Part shown: piece after piece, positions 1 to 9,288 of the stretch
Layout of the letters: each line of letters starts with the position of its first letter
How positions within the stretch are numbered: position 1 is the stretch's first letter
Assembly: GCA_944336625.1 (NCBI GenBank)
Contig: CALVLF010000113.1
Location: forward strand, 1 to 63,472
Direction of reading: 5' to 3'
Length of the DNA stretch: 63,472 nt
Source of the DNA: an uncultured Clostridia bacterium
GTDB lineage: Bacteria; Bacillota; Clostridia; Christensenellales; CAG-138
Translations under genes and position numbers: made by a program
The notes under the pieces: generated by a model
Seen by the model: the letters and a program-made list of their open reading frames with translations, nothing else
Database searches by the model: none
What the model was told of the DNA's origin: nothing

Positions 1-125
1 GCCTGCTTTGTGCCCAGTTCGCGGCGCAGGAGCGATGGACTAGCAGCGCTAATTCGAGCGACTGCAACAAAGAAATGGGCCAAAGAAGGCCTGCTCAGGC
101 ATGTATGCCCTTGTTCGTTAAGGGT
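1..125 (+). repeat. 3' part of a structured MITE-like repeat, truncated by the window start; second copy of 59838-59964
   Basis: By-eye alignment to 59838-59964 shows 4 substitutions plus one 2-nt indel. Same terminal word cccttgttcgttaagggt. Confidence 0.8.
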
Positions 126-235
126 ATCTGCACCATTATACCCAGGCTGGGCCATGTTGCCCCCATACGAACGATTGGATATTTAATGAGGATTGCATAT
201 TCGTAGATCCGCTGCTTTTTCAGGATGCGTGGGAA

Positions 236-562
236 GTGATAGTCGAGCGTTATAAAGCAAGGCCGGCATTTCGTGGCGAAGCATCCAGACGGTATGTAAA
301 CGACCTTTCTCAGCCTTATTCCTATGTAATCCCTGAAATTCAGTTTGGAGAATTGGAAGCATCTTTCGTTTTTCAGCAACAGGAGGATGGACGGATCGCA
401 GAACCCACATATATTGTGGATGTAACAGGTCTATCCCCGGAACAAATTCAGAAAACCTATATGCAGATATACAACGAAATCGATCATTTAGCAGGAAGTA
501 GAGCGATCCAAAGCATTTCGCTGGATGAACTGGATGCAGCACAATTCGATCCGAATACATGA
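236..562 (+). CDS. hypothetical protein (possibly a 3' remnant; the frame stays open back to the repeat boundary at 122)
   Basis: 108-aa ORF with GTG start and no recognised motif. The only upstream in-frame stop is the TAA at 119-121, inside the repeat end. Confidence 0.35.
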   Translation: MIVERYKARPAFRGEASRRYVNDLSQPYSYVIPEIQFGELEASFVFQQQEDGRIAEPTYIVDVTGLSPEQIQKTYMQIYNEIDHLAGSRAIQSISLDELDAAQFDPNT

Positions 563-787
563 GCGGGAAGGGGATGTCTATGCTTTTACGCTCTCCTGTA
601 GGCAATATGGTGAAATGCCTTGGAATGACGTTCGAGCGACAATTGCTTTTACAATGGAGCGGAAAAATTGCGAATGAAATGATGTAGGTTAAAGAATAAT
701 GTTAGAATGGCTTTTGTATACTGGACAAGAAATGCGAATTTGCAGCCGCATTCAACAAGCATGATAAACGAATATAGAAAAGCTGCC

Positions 788-1936
788 ATGAGAAAATATG
801 CGCCCCTGGTAAGGACTATCACTTTTTTGCTTTGTATGTGCCTGTTCACAGGCTGCGCCGCCCCGGCGGAGCAGGCGCATCTTATCGCCTCCCATACGGT
901 GTCGACCATCGCTACGGTGACGGCATTGCCTACTGTGACCCCTGCGCCTCATAGCACATCCATGCCTACGCCAAAGATCCCTGTAGCCGATACGGATGAT
1001 TATGAATTCCTACCCGGGCCTTTTCTCCCGCTGCAGGAAACGGAGAATGTATTTTTTCTATGGCCTGCTGAAGCCATCACATCTACCCTGACCGGCACAG
1101 CAGTAAGCTATACGGTATTGGAGACGTTTGCGGAAGAAGCGGCGGCCGAGCAGTTGTTTGCAGCAGACCTGGCAGGGGCCTTACAAACCATCGGCATGGA
1201 TGCTGATTTCCCCCCCTATGGCTATATTTACGGAGATTATAAGATTGTGGATTGGGCATGGATAGATGAATTGGAAGGCTCTTATGGGCGCCTGCATTTG
1301 CTTCTGGAACACAATAAGGGGATTGATCTGTTTTTTCGGCGTCATAGGGATGATTATATGCCCCTGTATATCAAGGACCACGAAAGCCTACTGGGGATTT
1401 TTCAATTTGCAGGCCAGGACTGGGCGTTGTATACGGATCATGCTACGGGCAGCGGATATATGTCCAGTGCAGTATACTGGTACAACCTATCTACCTGCCG
1501 GATGGAATTAGCCCTTGCGTACGATTTGCTGGATAGCTGGGCCAAAACCAACGAAGAAGGCTATGATGCCTATGAAACCAAGCGCATACGGGTTTTAGAA
1601 GTAAATCCTGTGGAAAATGGAATGGACAGCTATTTGGAAGTTGCGGTGCATCTGCAGCTCGAGGCGGAATATTGGGATCAGAAGGAGGGCCGGGAGGTGG
1701 TTGAACTCGCCCCTGGGCCGGATACCTTTGCAGCAGAAACCAAGCTGCGGCTCTATTATGATCAACAGGCCCAGGCATTCTATACCCGAGTTATGCCGGA
1801 GGCCTGTCCCCTGGCCGACGGCATGTCCGATTCCCTATGGCGCTTCTATTTTGATGCCCAACTGCAAGACTTGCGAACTAACGGCAATACTTATCAAAAG
1901 CGCTGGGCACAGACCTTTTATGCTGAAAAAAGATAG
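788..1936 (+). CDS. putative lipoprotein of unknown function
   Basis: N-terminus MRKYAPLVRTITFLLCMCLFTGC has a signal peptide plus a lipobox-like FTGC. No domain recognised. An alternative start at 707 is possible. Confidence 0.6.
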   Translation: MRKYAPLVRTITFLLCMCLFTGCAAPAEQAHLIASHTVSTIATVTALPTVTPAPHSTSMPTPKIPVADTDDYEFLPGPFLPLQETENVFFLWPAEAITSTLTGTAVSYTVLETFAEEAAAEQLFAADLAGALQTIGMDADFPPYGYIYGDYKIVDWAWIDELEGSYGRLHLLLEHNKGIDLFFRRHRDDYMPLYIKDHESLLGIFQFAGQDWALYTDHATGSGYMSSAVYWYNLSTCRMELALAYDLLDSWAKTNEEGYDAYETKRIRVLEVNPVENGMDSYLEVAVHLQLEAEYWDQKEGREVVELAPGPDTFAAETKLRLYYDQQAQAFYTRVMPEACPLADGMSDSLWRFYFDAQLQDLRTNGNTYQKRWAQTFYAEKR

Positions 1937-2076
1937 CGCACTAGGCTGCATACCCATGGATTCATAGCAGAGAAAAGGTTTTGCAGGACGGCGGCCTACC
2001 TGCGACAAATATGCGCTTTATACAGCAGCATCACGGTTGGCTGCCTGACAAATTTCTGAAACCGCAGAAAAATGGA

Positions 2077-2105
2077 TTGATCTAATCGAAAAAATATGGT
2101 ATAAT
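2077..2105 (+). promoter_or_regulatory. sigma-70-like promoter in the AT-rich junction upstream of the truncated kinase
   Basis: TTGATC (2077-2082), 17-nt spacer, TATAAT (2100-2105). Confidence 0.4.
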
Positions 2106-2191
2106 CTAACAAAATATTGGAGTATTGTTTAGTATTTTTTATACTCAAATCGCGGTTCGATTCCCATTTATAGATTATTATATAGACGGAT

Positions 2192-2791
2192 ATGCTCCTC
2201 AGCCAAATCCGCTTCCATTTTTTCTATCATACGCTCAACTCCCTGCAGGCGTTAATCATCCTTCGTCCCCAAGAGGCCTATAAGATGGCAGGCGATTTTG
2301 CCCGGTATCTGCGCTTTACGCTGGATGCTGCCACTGCTGCCGGCGGTATGGGCTCCTTTAAGGAGGAGATGCGGGCAGTAAGGGCTTATGCAGATATCAA
2401 CCAGGCGCAGCTGGGAGACCGGCTGACCATGGTTTACCGCGTGGCGGACGTGGATTTTCCCCTGCCGGTGCTCACCATCCAGCCGGTGGTGGAAAACGCC
2501 ATCCTTCATGGAATCAAGCCCAAGGTAGGCGGCGGCACCGTGACCGTTTCCCTGCAGGAGCAGGAAACACACTGGCAGGTTACTGTGGAGGATGACGGGG
2601 TGGGTTTTGATCCCATGGAAGTGGATGAGACCCGGTCCATCGGCCTAGGCAATGTGCGCCGGCGGCTGTGCCGCTTCCAGGGCTGCAGTATGCGGATAGA
2701 AAGCGCTCCGGGGAAGGGAACCAGGGTGGTGCTTTCCTATTTGAAGGATATTTTTGAAATTTTGCCGGCGGTGGATTCGAAACGGGGCTGA
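2192..2791 (+). CDS. LytS/YehU-type sensor histidine kinase catalytic core only (His_kinase H-box + HATPase_c); no sensor or TM region
   Basis: The ORF starts at the H-box (SQIRFHFFYHTLNSL, compare the PHFLFNTLN motif). It contains VENAILHG and DDGVGF...GLGNV ATPase motifs. Only AT-rich non-coding DNA lies upstream. Confidence 0.8.
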   Translation: MLLSQIRFHFFYHTLNSLQALIILRPQEAYKMAGDFARYLRFTLDAATAAGGMGSFKEEMRAVRAYADINQAQLGDRLTMVYRVADVDFPLPVLTIQPVVENAILHGIKPKVGGGTVTVSLQEQETHWQVTVEDDGVGFDPMEVDETRSIGLGNVRRRLCRFQGCSMRIESAPGKGTRVVLSYLKDIFEILPAVDSKRG

Positions 2792-2862
2792 AACGTATGG
2801 TTTCCGTACGCTTCGTCTGTTATAATATTTGTTATACCTATGTAGAAAGAAGGGTATGCGCC

Positions 2863-3690
2863 TTGAAGACCATTTTGGTGGATGACATGCTGCTGGATTT
2901 GTAGCTGTTTGAGCTGAAATGCGCCGATATGCCGGATTTCGAAATCGTAGGAAAATTTACAAATCCGGATCAGGCCATCGCCTATGCTTCCAGCCACGTG
3001 GTGGACTTTGCCCTGCTGGATATAGATATGCCCGGCATGAACGGTATGGAGCTGGCCCAGCGCCTTCGGAAGATCCGGCGGGATATTATCATCGTCTTTG
3101 CTACTGCACATCCCAAGTTCGCCGTGGATGCTCTGCGAATGAAGGCGGACTATATGATCTTTAAACCTTTTGACCGGGACGATATTGCTGATGTTATGGA
3201 GCGGGCCAAGCTTCTGCGCCGCCGCCAAAATAAACGGTTTTTCTTCCGCACCTTTGGCGCCTTTGACATGCTGGTGGACGGGGAACCGGTTCGCTTCCGT
3301 TCCGCCAAAGCCAAGGAGCTTATGGCCCTGTGCCTTTACCGGCAGGGCTGCCCAACATCCATTCATGAAATCGTAGAATGCCTCTGGGGCGAGGATACTG
3401 TCAATGCAGACAGCACTGGCTACCGCCGCACCATCAAAGAGCTAACGGATACCTTGCGGGATTACGCTGCTGAAGAGCTGATCCTCCGGGCCCGGGGGAG
3501 CCTGCAGCTACGCCTGGAGCTGGTGGATTCCGACTATCAGCGCTTTCTGGAGGGGGACTCGGATGCTATATGCCAGTTTCAGGGCAGCTTTTTGCACCAG
3601 TATTCCTGGGCGGAGCCCATGACCTGTGCCCTGCAAGAGAAGAAGGAGCTGATACTCGCCCGCCTTTCCCGGAGGGGCGAGAGCCAATAA
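2863..3690 (+). pseudogene. response regulator (REC + SARP/winged-helix, BTAD-like output) interrupted by an in-frame TAG at 2902-2904; longest intact ORF is 2929-3690
   Basis: SD agaaggg plus TTG at 2863 encodes LKTILVDDMLLDL, then TAG, then LFELKCAD and MPDFEIVG... in the same frame. The acidic DD pocket lies upstream of the stop and the phospho-Asp context FALLDIDMPGMNG lies downstream. Confidence 0.7.
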
Positions 3691-3697
3691 AGGAGGG

Positions 3698-5212
3698 ATG
3701 GCATTGGATGCATTTCTGAGAATGGAGCATGTCAGCAAGCGGTTCGGTGATTTTTATGCCAACCGGGATATCAACTTCTCCGTTCGGCGGGGGGAGGTTC
3801 ATACCCTGCTAGGGGAAAATGGTGCCGGTAAATCCACCCTGATGAATGTTCTGATCGGGCTGTATCAGCCTACAGAGGGAACGATCTATCTGGATGGGAA
3901 GAAGGTTCGCATTGATTCTCCGGCCCAGGCTGTAAAGCTGGGAATCGGCATGGTGCATCAGCACTTTATGCTGGTAGAAGCCATGACGGTGTTTGAAAAC
4001 ATTATCTTGGGGGACAGGAATACCCGGGGCATCTTTATCGACCGGGAAGCGCGAACAAAAGAGATTCAGGCCCTTTCCGCCCGCTATGGGCTGGAGGTGG
4101 AGCTGGATAAGCCCATTACAGAGATCTCCGTTGGCGCGCAGCAGCGGGTGGAAATCCTCAAAGCCTTATACCGCGGTGCGGAGCTGCTTATTTTGGATGA
4201 ACCTTCCGCCGCTTTGACGGATCTGGAGGTAGAGGGCCTGTTTGACATCATGCGCAAGCTGACAGGCGAAGGCAAAAGCATCATCTTCATCAGCCATAAA
4301 ATGCGGGAGGTTTTGCGCATTTCCGACCGCATTACTATCCTTCGGGCGGGCCGGACCGTCTGCACCGTGGATAGAACAGAAACCAACGGGGAAGAGCTGG
4401 CCAATCTGATGATCGGCCGGGAGCTGGCGCCCTCCCATTACGAAAAAATTACAGAGCCTGGGGAGCCGGTGGTTTCCCTGGAAAAGGTAGATTATCATAA
4501 GGAATCCAAACATAATGGCCTTTGCGGGGTATCCCTGAGCGTGGGCCGGAGGGAGATCGTGGGCATTGCCGGCGTGGATGGGAACGGGCAGAGCCAGTTA
4601 GCCCAGGTAGTTACTGGCGTGCTGACGCCGGATGCCGGGGAGGTAGATCTGAAAGGCTCCCGGGTTGCCCAGTTTACCCCCAATGGCTTTATTCTGGAAA
4701 GCGTCTCCCATATTCCCGAAGATCGAAACAAAATGGGCCTGATCGGCGATATGTCCGTCAAGGAGAACATCGTCCTCAAATCAACGGATACGCCCCAATT
4801 CTCTTCTGCCCGGGGCTTCCATCTGAAGAAACGGGCCATTCGGGACTATGCGGAGCAGATGCGCGAGAAATATGACATCCGCTGTACTTCCGTAGAGCAG
4901 GAAGCCAGAAATCTTTCCGGCGGCAATCAGCAGAAGGTGATCCTGGCCAGGGAGCTGGAGGGCCAGCCGGATCTGCTCGTGGCGGTGCATCCCACCCGGG
5001 GCCTGGATATCGGCGCGACCCGTTTTGTTCATGATACCATGATTGACGCCCGGGAGAAGGGCTGCGGTGTGTTGCTGATCTCTGCGGACTTTGATGAAAT
5101 CCTGGAGGTATCCGACCGGATCGTCGTCATGTTTGAAGGCCAAGTGATGGGCGTCTTTTCCGGAAAGGAGCCGCCTATTCAGGAAATCAGCCTGGCTATG
5201 GCCGGCAAATGA
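3698..5212 (+). CDS. ABC transporter ATP-binding protein, two fused ABC domains (BMP/nucleoside-sugar type)
   Basis: Walker A GENGAGKST, signature LSGGNQQK, two NBD halves. Followed by two permeases and a BMP lipoprotein. TTG at 3704 is an alternative start. Confidence 0.9.
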   Translation: MALDAFLRMEHVSKRFGDFYANRDINFSVRRGEVHTLLGENGAGKSTLMNVLIGLYQPTEGTIYLDGKKVRIDSPAQAVKLGIGMVHQHFMLVEAMTVFENIILGDRNTRGIFIDREARTKEIQALSARYGLEVELDKPITEISVGAQQRVEILKALYRGAELLILDEPSAALTDLEVEGLFDIMRKLTGEGKSIIFISHKMREVLRISDRITILRAGRTVCTVDRTETNGEELANLMIGRELAPSHYEKITEPGEPVVSLEKVDYHKESKHNGLCGVSLSVGRREIVGIAGVDGNGQSQLAQVVTGVLTPDAGEVDLKGSRVAQFTPNGFILESVSHIPEDRNKMGLIGDMSVKENIVLKSTDTPQFSSARGFHLKKRAIRDYAEQMREKYDIRCTSVEQEARNLSGGNQQKVILARELEGQPDLLVAVHPTRGLDIGATRFVHDTMIDAREKGCGVLLISADFDEILEVSDRIVVMFEGQVMGVFSGKEPPIQEISLAMAGK

Positions 5213-5227
5213 GAAGGGAGCGCAAAT

Positions 5228-6289
5228 ATGAAAAACAGCAATAAACTCATCAGCGTGCTGGTTCCGGTAGCTTCCGTGCTGCTGGCATTTGCCATTGGCT
5301 GTGCAGTTATGGCAGGCTTGGGGGCCAATCCCCTGGTTGCGCTCCAGTCCCTGTGGACGGGCGCCTTTGGGAACCTGCGCAACGTAGGCACCACCCTGGC
5401 CCGGGCAACCCCCCTGATCTTTACGGGGCTTTGCGCCTGCTTTGCATACCGTTGCGGCGTATTCAATCTGGGAGGGGAGGGGCAGTTTATTATCGGCTCC
5501 GTGGCCTGCTGTTATATGGCCACCCAGACCGGTATCGAAGGCTTCCCGGCCATTGTTCTGTGCTTGCTGGCCGGCATTCTAGCCGGCGGGATCTGGGCGC
5601 TGATCCCGGGCCTTTTGAAGGTTTACAGAGGCCAGAATGAAATGATCATTTCCATCATGCTCAACTATGTGGCTACGCTCTTTATGGGCGTGGTGTATAC
5701 CAACTGGCTCCGGGAAGGCAGCGTGCCCCAAACCATGTCCGTGCCGGACACCACAAAACTCAGCCGTATTTTCGGCCTTCGGGCGACTACTGCCTTTATT
5801 ATCGCCATTGTAGTGGGCCTGCTGATTTACTATTTCCTGTTTTATACCTCCAAGGGCTTCCAGCTTCGGGCGGTAGGGCTGAATATGACAGCGGCGGAGT
5901 TTAATGGCTTCTCCGTAAAGCGGTATATCCTTTTTAGCTTTGTCGTTTCCGGCGCTATTGCGGGCCTGGGCGGCAGCGCGGAGCTGCTGGGTACGCAGTA
6001 CCGGCTGATCAACGGCTTTGCTGCAGGCTACGGCTTTGATGGCGTTGCCATGGCCCTGATTGCCCAGCTGCACCCACTGGCCACGATTCTTGTAGCCATC
6101 TTCTTTGCAGCGCTGCGCGTGGGTTCTACCACTATGCAGGCGGCTACCGGCGTACCTACCAGCGTATCCGATATTATTCAGGCGCTGGTTATCGTATTTA
6201 CGGTGGCTGGGCTTGCCATGGTGAAGCTTTCCCAGTTCAAGGCGGCTATTGACCGCATCTTCGCCAGAAAGGAGACCGTTGCCTCATGA
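5228..6289 (+). CDS. ABC transporter permease (BPD_transp_2 type)
   Basis: Polytopic membrane protein, SD gaagggag upstream, operon context. Confidence 0.85.
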   Translation: MKNSNKLISVLVPVASVLLAFAIGCAVMAGLGANPLVALQSLWTGAFGNLRNVGTTLARATPLIFTGLCACFAYRCGVFNLGGEGQFIIGSVACCYMATQTGIEGFPAIVLCLLAGILAGGIWALIPGLLKVYRGQNEMIISIMLNYVATLFMGVVYTNWLREGSVPQTMSVPDTTKLSRIFGLRATTAFIIAIVVGLLIYYFLFYTSKGFQLRAVGLNMTAAEFNGFSVKRYILFSFVVSGAIAGLGGSAELLGTQYRLINGFAAGYGFDGVAMALIAQLHPLATILVAIFFAALRVGSTTMQAATGVPTSVSDIIQALVIVFTVAGLAMVKLSQFKAAIDRIFARKETVAS

Positions 6290-7218
6290 GTTGGGATTTT
6301 ATATCAAATCTTTTGTTAGCTAGCGTTCGCATGGCTACGCCGCTGATTTTTCTTTCCTTGGCGGAGCTGTATTCCCAGCGGGCGGGCCTGGTGCACATCG
6401 GTTTGGAGGGCCTGGCAGCCATAGGTTCCCTGGTGGGGTTCCTGGTAAGCCTGATTACCGGCAGTCCCATGCTGGGGGTGCTGGCCGGCGCCCTGGCAGG
6501 CATTCTGGTGAATATGATCTTCGCTTATGCCACCATATCCTTATGTGCAGAGCAGATCGTTTATGGCATGGCCATCAATATTTTCGCGCCCGCCCTGGCA
6601 GCCTTTATCTACCGGGTATACTTTGGGGCCGGAAGCACGCTGGTGCAGGTAACCCTCATGAATAACCTTTCCACAACCCTGGGGATTACTTCCGATAACT
6701 TCCTGCTGAAGCTCTTGCTGGATCAGACGCCTATGGTATACCTGGCCTATGCGCTGGTTATCTTCACTGCCATCTATTTCAACAAAACCAAGTCCGGCCT
6801 CAATTACAAAGCCGTAGGGGAATATCCCAAGGCGGCGGCAACCCTGGGCATCAACGTGATCGGGGTGAAGTACATTGCCTGCATTATTTGTGGCGCTTTG
6901 GCAGGCATGGGCGGCGCCTTCCTGACTACCTGCTATTCCAATACCTATGTGGATGGAAACGTGGCGGGCCGTGGCTTCATCGCCCTGGCGGCAGTGATCT
7001 TCGGCCGGTGGAGCGGTGGCGGCGTGTTGTTGGCCTGCCTGTTCTTCGGCTTCTGTGATGCGCTGCAGATCCGCTTGCAGGTGGGCAGCTTTGGCGTGCC
7101 CTATCAGTTCTTCCAGATGATTCCCTATATTGCCACGGTGGTAGTGCTGGCCCTGATTGGCATGAAGAAGGCCGGTCCCAAGGGCGCGGGTAAGCCCTAT
7201 CTGCGGGAGGATCGTTGA
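6286..7218 (+). CDS. ABC transporter permease (second subunit)
   Basis: Polytopic membrane protein. ATGA start/stop overlap with the upstream permease. Confidence 0.85.
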   Translation: MSWDFISNLLLASVRMATPLIFLSLAELYSQRAGLVHIGLEGLAAIGSLVGFLVSLITGSPMLGVLAGALAGILVNMIFAYATISLCAEQIVYGMAINIFAPALAAFIYRVYFGAGSTLVQVTLMNNLSTTLGITSDNFLLKLLLDQTPMVYLAYALVIFTAIYFNKTKSGLNYKAVGEYPKAAATLGINVIGVKYIACIICGALAGMGGAFLTTCYSNTYVDGNVAGRGFIALAAVIFGRWSGGGVLLACLFFGFCDALQIRLQVGSFGVPYQFFQMIPYIATVVVLALIGMKKAGPKGAGKPYLREDR

Positions 7219-7296
7219 GGCAAACCGCCGCGCATGCGGCTGTTTCAGATAAAAGATGCAAGTGACAACCACGAACATCAAGAAATGGAGGAAAGT

Positions 7297-8406
7297 ATGA
7301 TGAAAAAACTGTTTGCTCTGCTCCTGTCCCTGGCCATGGTCCTGTCCTTAGCTGCCTGCAGCAGCGGCACGGCGGATACAGATGCCGCTGCCACTGCGCC
7401 TACCGAAGCCCCGGCCAGCGAGCCGGTTGCTGATGCCGATCCTACCGAGGCCCCGGCCGAGGCGCCCACTGATGAAGCGAAGGAGTTCAAAGTGGCAATG
7501 ATCTGCGACTCTAGTATCTCCGATGGCGGATGGGGCATGTCCTGCTATAACGCTATGGTAGATGCCGCCGCAGAATACGGCTGGACTACGGAAGTTTCCG
7601 ACATGATTGCCCAATCCGCTTACTATGAGACCATTGTTACCTACTGCGACCTGGGCTATGATCTGATCTATGCCCCCGGCAACCAGTATACGGACGCAGT
7701 GCTCCAGGCTGCGGAGGAATATCCGGAAGTGGCCTTCGCCCTCCTCAATGGCGGCACCAGCACCCCGGAGCAGGCTGTTAACGGCAACGTTACCTCCCTT
7801 CTGCCTGATGCCCAGCAGGTAGGCTGGATCGCCGGCGCGCTGGCAGGCTTAATGACCGAAACCGGCACCATCGCCTTTATTGGCGGCATGGAGCTGGATA
7901 CCACCGTTGGCAAATATAATGGCTATGCTGAGGCAGCTGCCTATGTGGGCGAGCAGGCCGGCAAGACCGTTACCACCCTGGATGTGGTTTACTCCGGCGA
8001 CTTCTCCGCCTCTGATAAGGGCATTGAGTTCGCTAAGGCGATGATCGACCAGGGGGCTGACGTATTCTTCGGCGATGCTTCCGCCGTAGACTCCGGCGCC
8101 CGCCAGGCCATTGATGAAGCCAATGCCGCCAGCGGCTCCGTAAGCATTTACGACATCGCGCAGCCCTCTGACCTGCTGGGCCAGAATGAGTGCATCATCT
8201 GCAGCCAGGTGACGGATAACGCCTCCCTGGTAGGCCTGTGCATGGAAGCTGTGGAAAACGGCACCTTCGGCGGTGAGGTTATCTACGGCACCCTGCAGAA
8301 TGGCGTCCTTTCCGCCGGTGCCATCAGCGACCTGGTTCCCGCGGAGATCCAGGAGCAGTATTTGGCTTATCTGGATCAGATGATCGAAGGCACCTTTATG
8401 CAATAA
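7297..8406 (+). CDS. BMP-family (PnrA/Med-like) ABC substrate-binding lipoprotein
   Basis: MMKKLFALLLSLAMVLSLAAC lipobox after SD ggagga; FKVAMICDSSISDGGWG motif. Start trimmed from the ORF-track 7234. Confidence 0.85.
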   Translation: MMKKLFALLLSLAMVLSLAACSSGTADTDAAATAPTEAPASEPVADADPTEAPAEAPTDEAKEFKVAMICDSSISDGGWGMSCYNAMVDAAAEYGWTTEVSDMIAQSAYYETIVTYCDLGYDLIYAPGNQYTDAVLQAAEEYPEVAFALLNGGTSTPEQAVNGNVTSLLPDAQQVGWIAGALAGLMTETGTIAFIGGMELDTTVGKYNGYAEAAAYVGEQAGKTVTTLDVVYSGDFSASDKGIEFAKAMIDQGADVFFGDASAVDSGARQAIDEANAASGSVSIYDIAQPSDLLGQNECIICSQVTDNASLVGLCMEAVENGTFGGEVIYGTLQNGVLSAGAISDLVPAEIQEQYLAYLDQMIEGTFMQ

Positions 8407-8454
8407 TTCCTTCCTGCCAAAAGGAAGGGCTGGCGTAAGCCAGTAGAACGAAAA

Positions 8455-8482
8455 GGCCGGCGGGTTTACCGCCGGTCTTTTC
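8455..8482 (+). terminator. Rho-independent terminator after the BMP operon
   Basis: ccggcgg / ccgccgg stem, 5-nt loop, then tcttttc. Confidence 0.6.
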
Positions 8483-8536
8483 ATTGGTTTTGGTAGCCAG
8501 AAGTAGTAGGATAAAGCAATTTTCCGGAGCGGTAGA

Positions 8537-8589
8537 AAAGAAGAGAAAGAAAACCCGAACCAGGTGCCTATAAGGCTTTGGGGTTCGGG
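8537..8589 (-). terminator. Rho-independent terminator after the DUF624 gene
   Basis: cccgaacc / ggttcggg stem followed on the minus strand by ttttctttctcttctttt. Confidence 0.65.
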
Positions 8590-8624
8590 CAAAGTTAAGA
8601 TGGGATTCCTTTGCGGAGCAGGGG

Positions 8625-9251
8625 TTATGCGGTTCTGGATTCCGGCGGCATGTGCTTCTGGAAAGCCCGTTCCATGACCAGAGACCAGGCCAGCGCCGTA
8701 AGGCAGGGGGCCACCAGCATGGGGAGGAGCAGGGTAACGCTCAGAGCCCAGGCCACCGCCAGCAGGAGCACTACCAGCAGGGTGGAAGGGAGATGGGCCA
8801 GAGCAAACTGCAGGGAGACCCGCAACAGGCCCAGGGGCTGGAAGGTGAAACGGGAGAGCAGGGGGAACATCCAGCATATAGCCCCTACAGGAATACAAAG
8901 CAAAACCAGGTAAGCCGCCGCAGGAATGAGCAGCTGGGGGAGGGAAAAGGCCATCCCCCAGAGCTGCCGAAGGATCCACAACAGCCCCGCAAGAACTGCG
9001 CCGCTGATCAGCACAGCGGGTACGGATACTGCAAACTCCCGGCGGAACGTTTGAAAAAACCGGGATAGGGCGCCGCTCTTGCCGGCACGGACGCATTTAA
9101 CCGTAGCGTCATACAGGGCTGCTGTGGATGCCCCCAGGGTAAACAAGGGGAGGGAAAGGAAAAACCAAAACAGGCTTAGCAGCAGAATATCCGCCAGAAG
9201 GGACATACCGCGCCAGATGGGTTTTTCCGAATCGAAAAGAGATTGAAACAT
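8625..9251 (-). CDS. DUF624 (YesL-family) membrane protein, typical accessory of sugar ABC loci
   Basis: N-terminus MFQSLFDSEKPIWRGMSLLADILLLSLFWFFLSLPLFTLGASTAALY, multiple TM segments. Confidence 0.75.
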   Translation of the reverse strand: MFQSLFDSEKPIWRGMSLLADILLLSLFWFFLSLPLFTLGASTAALYDATVKCVRAGKSGALSRFFQTFRREFAVSVPAVLISGAVLAGLLWILRQLWGMAFSLPQLLIPAAAYLVLLCIPVGAICWMFPLLSRFTFQPLGLLRVSLQFALAHLPSTLLVVLLLAVAWALSVTLLLPMLVAPCLTALAWSLVMERAFQKHMPPESRTA

Positions 9252-9288
9252 AACTACAGGCGTCTTGTCGAATTTGCCGCAAAAGCGG

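Noticed and set aside
2118-2175. Possible tRNA (T-loop word ggttcgattcc, agtat/atact hairpin with a T-rich loop, acaa/ttgt D-like stem).
   Set aside because: No cloverleaf can be completed. The T-stem 3' half (cccat) does not pair with cgcgg. The anticodon hairpin has a 5-nt loop (or a 4-bp stem). No acceptor stem exists. At best it is a tRNA 3' remnant, mentioned under the truncated-kinase finding.
2902-2904. The TAG in the response regulator as programmed recoding (pyrrolysine or suppressor read-through).
   Set aside because: No pyl genes or PYLIS-like context are visible in the window, and the upstream kinase is also degenerate. A nonsense mutation or sequencing error is more parsimonious. 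It cannot be excluded without the whole genome.
7849-9096. Very long alternative-frame or antisense ORFs (for example 7849-9096, 12998-14635, 18252-19865, 29929-31269, 40780-41799, 25849-26796) that might be taken for genes.
   Set aside because: They overlap well-supported genes on the other strand or frame. They are Pro/Arg/Gly/Ala-rich with no motifs and lack SD sequences. These are typical shadow ORFs of GC-rich DNA.
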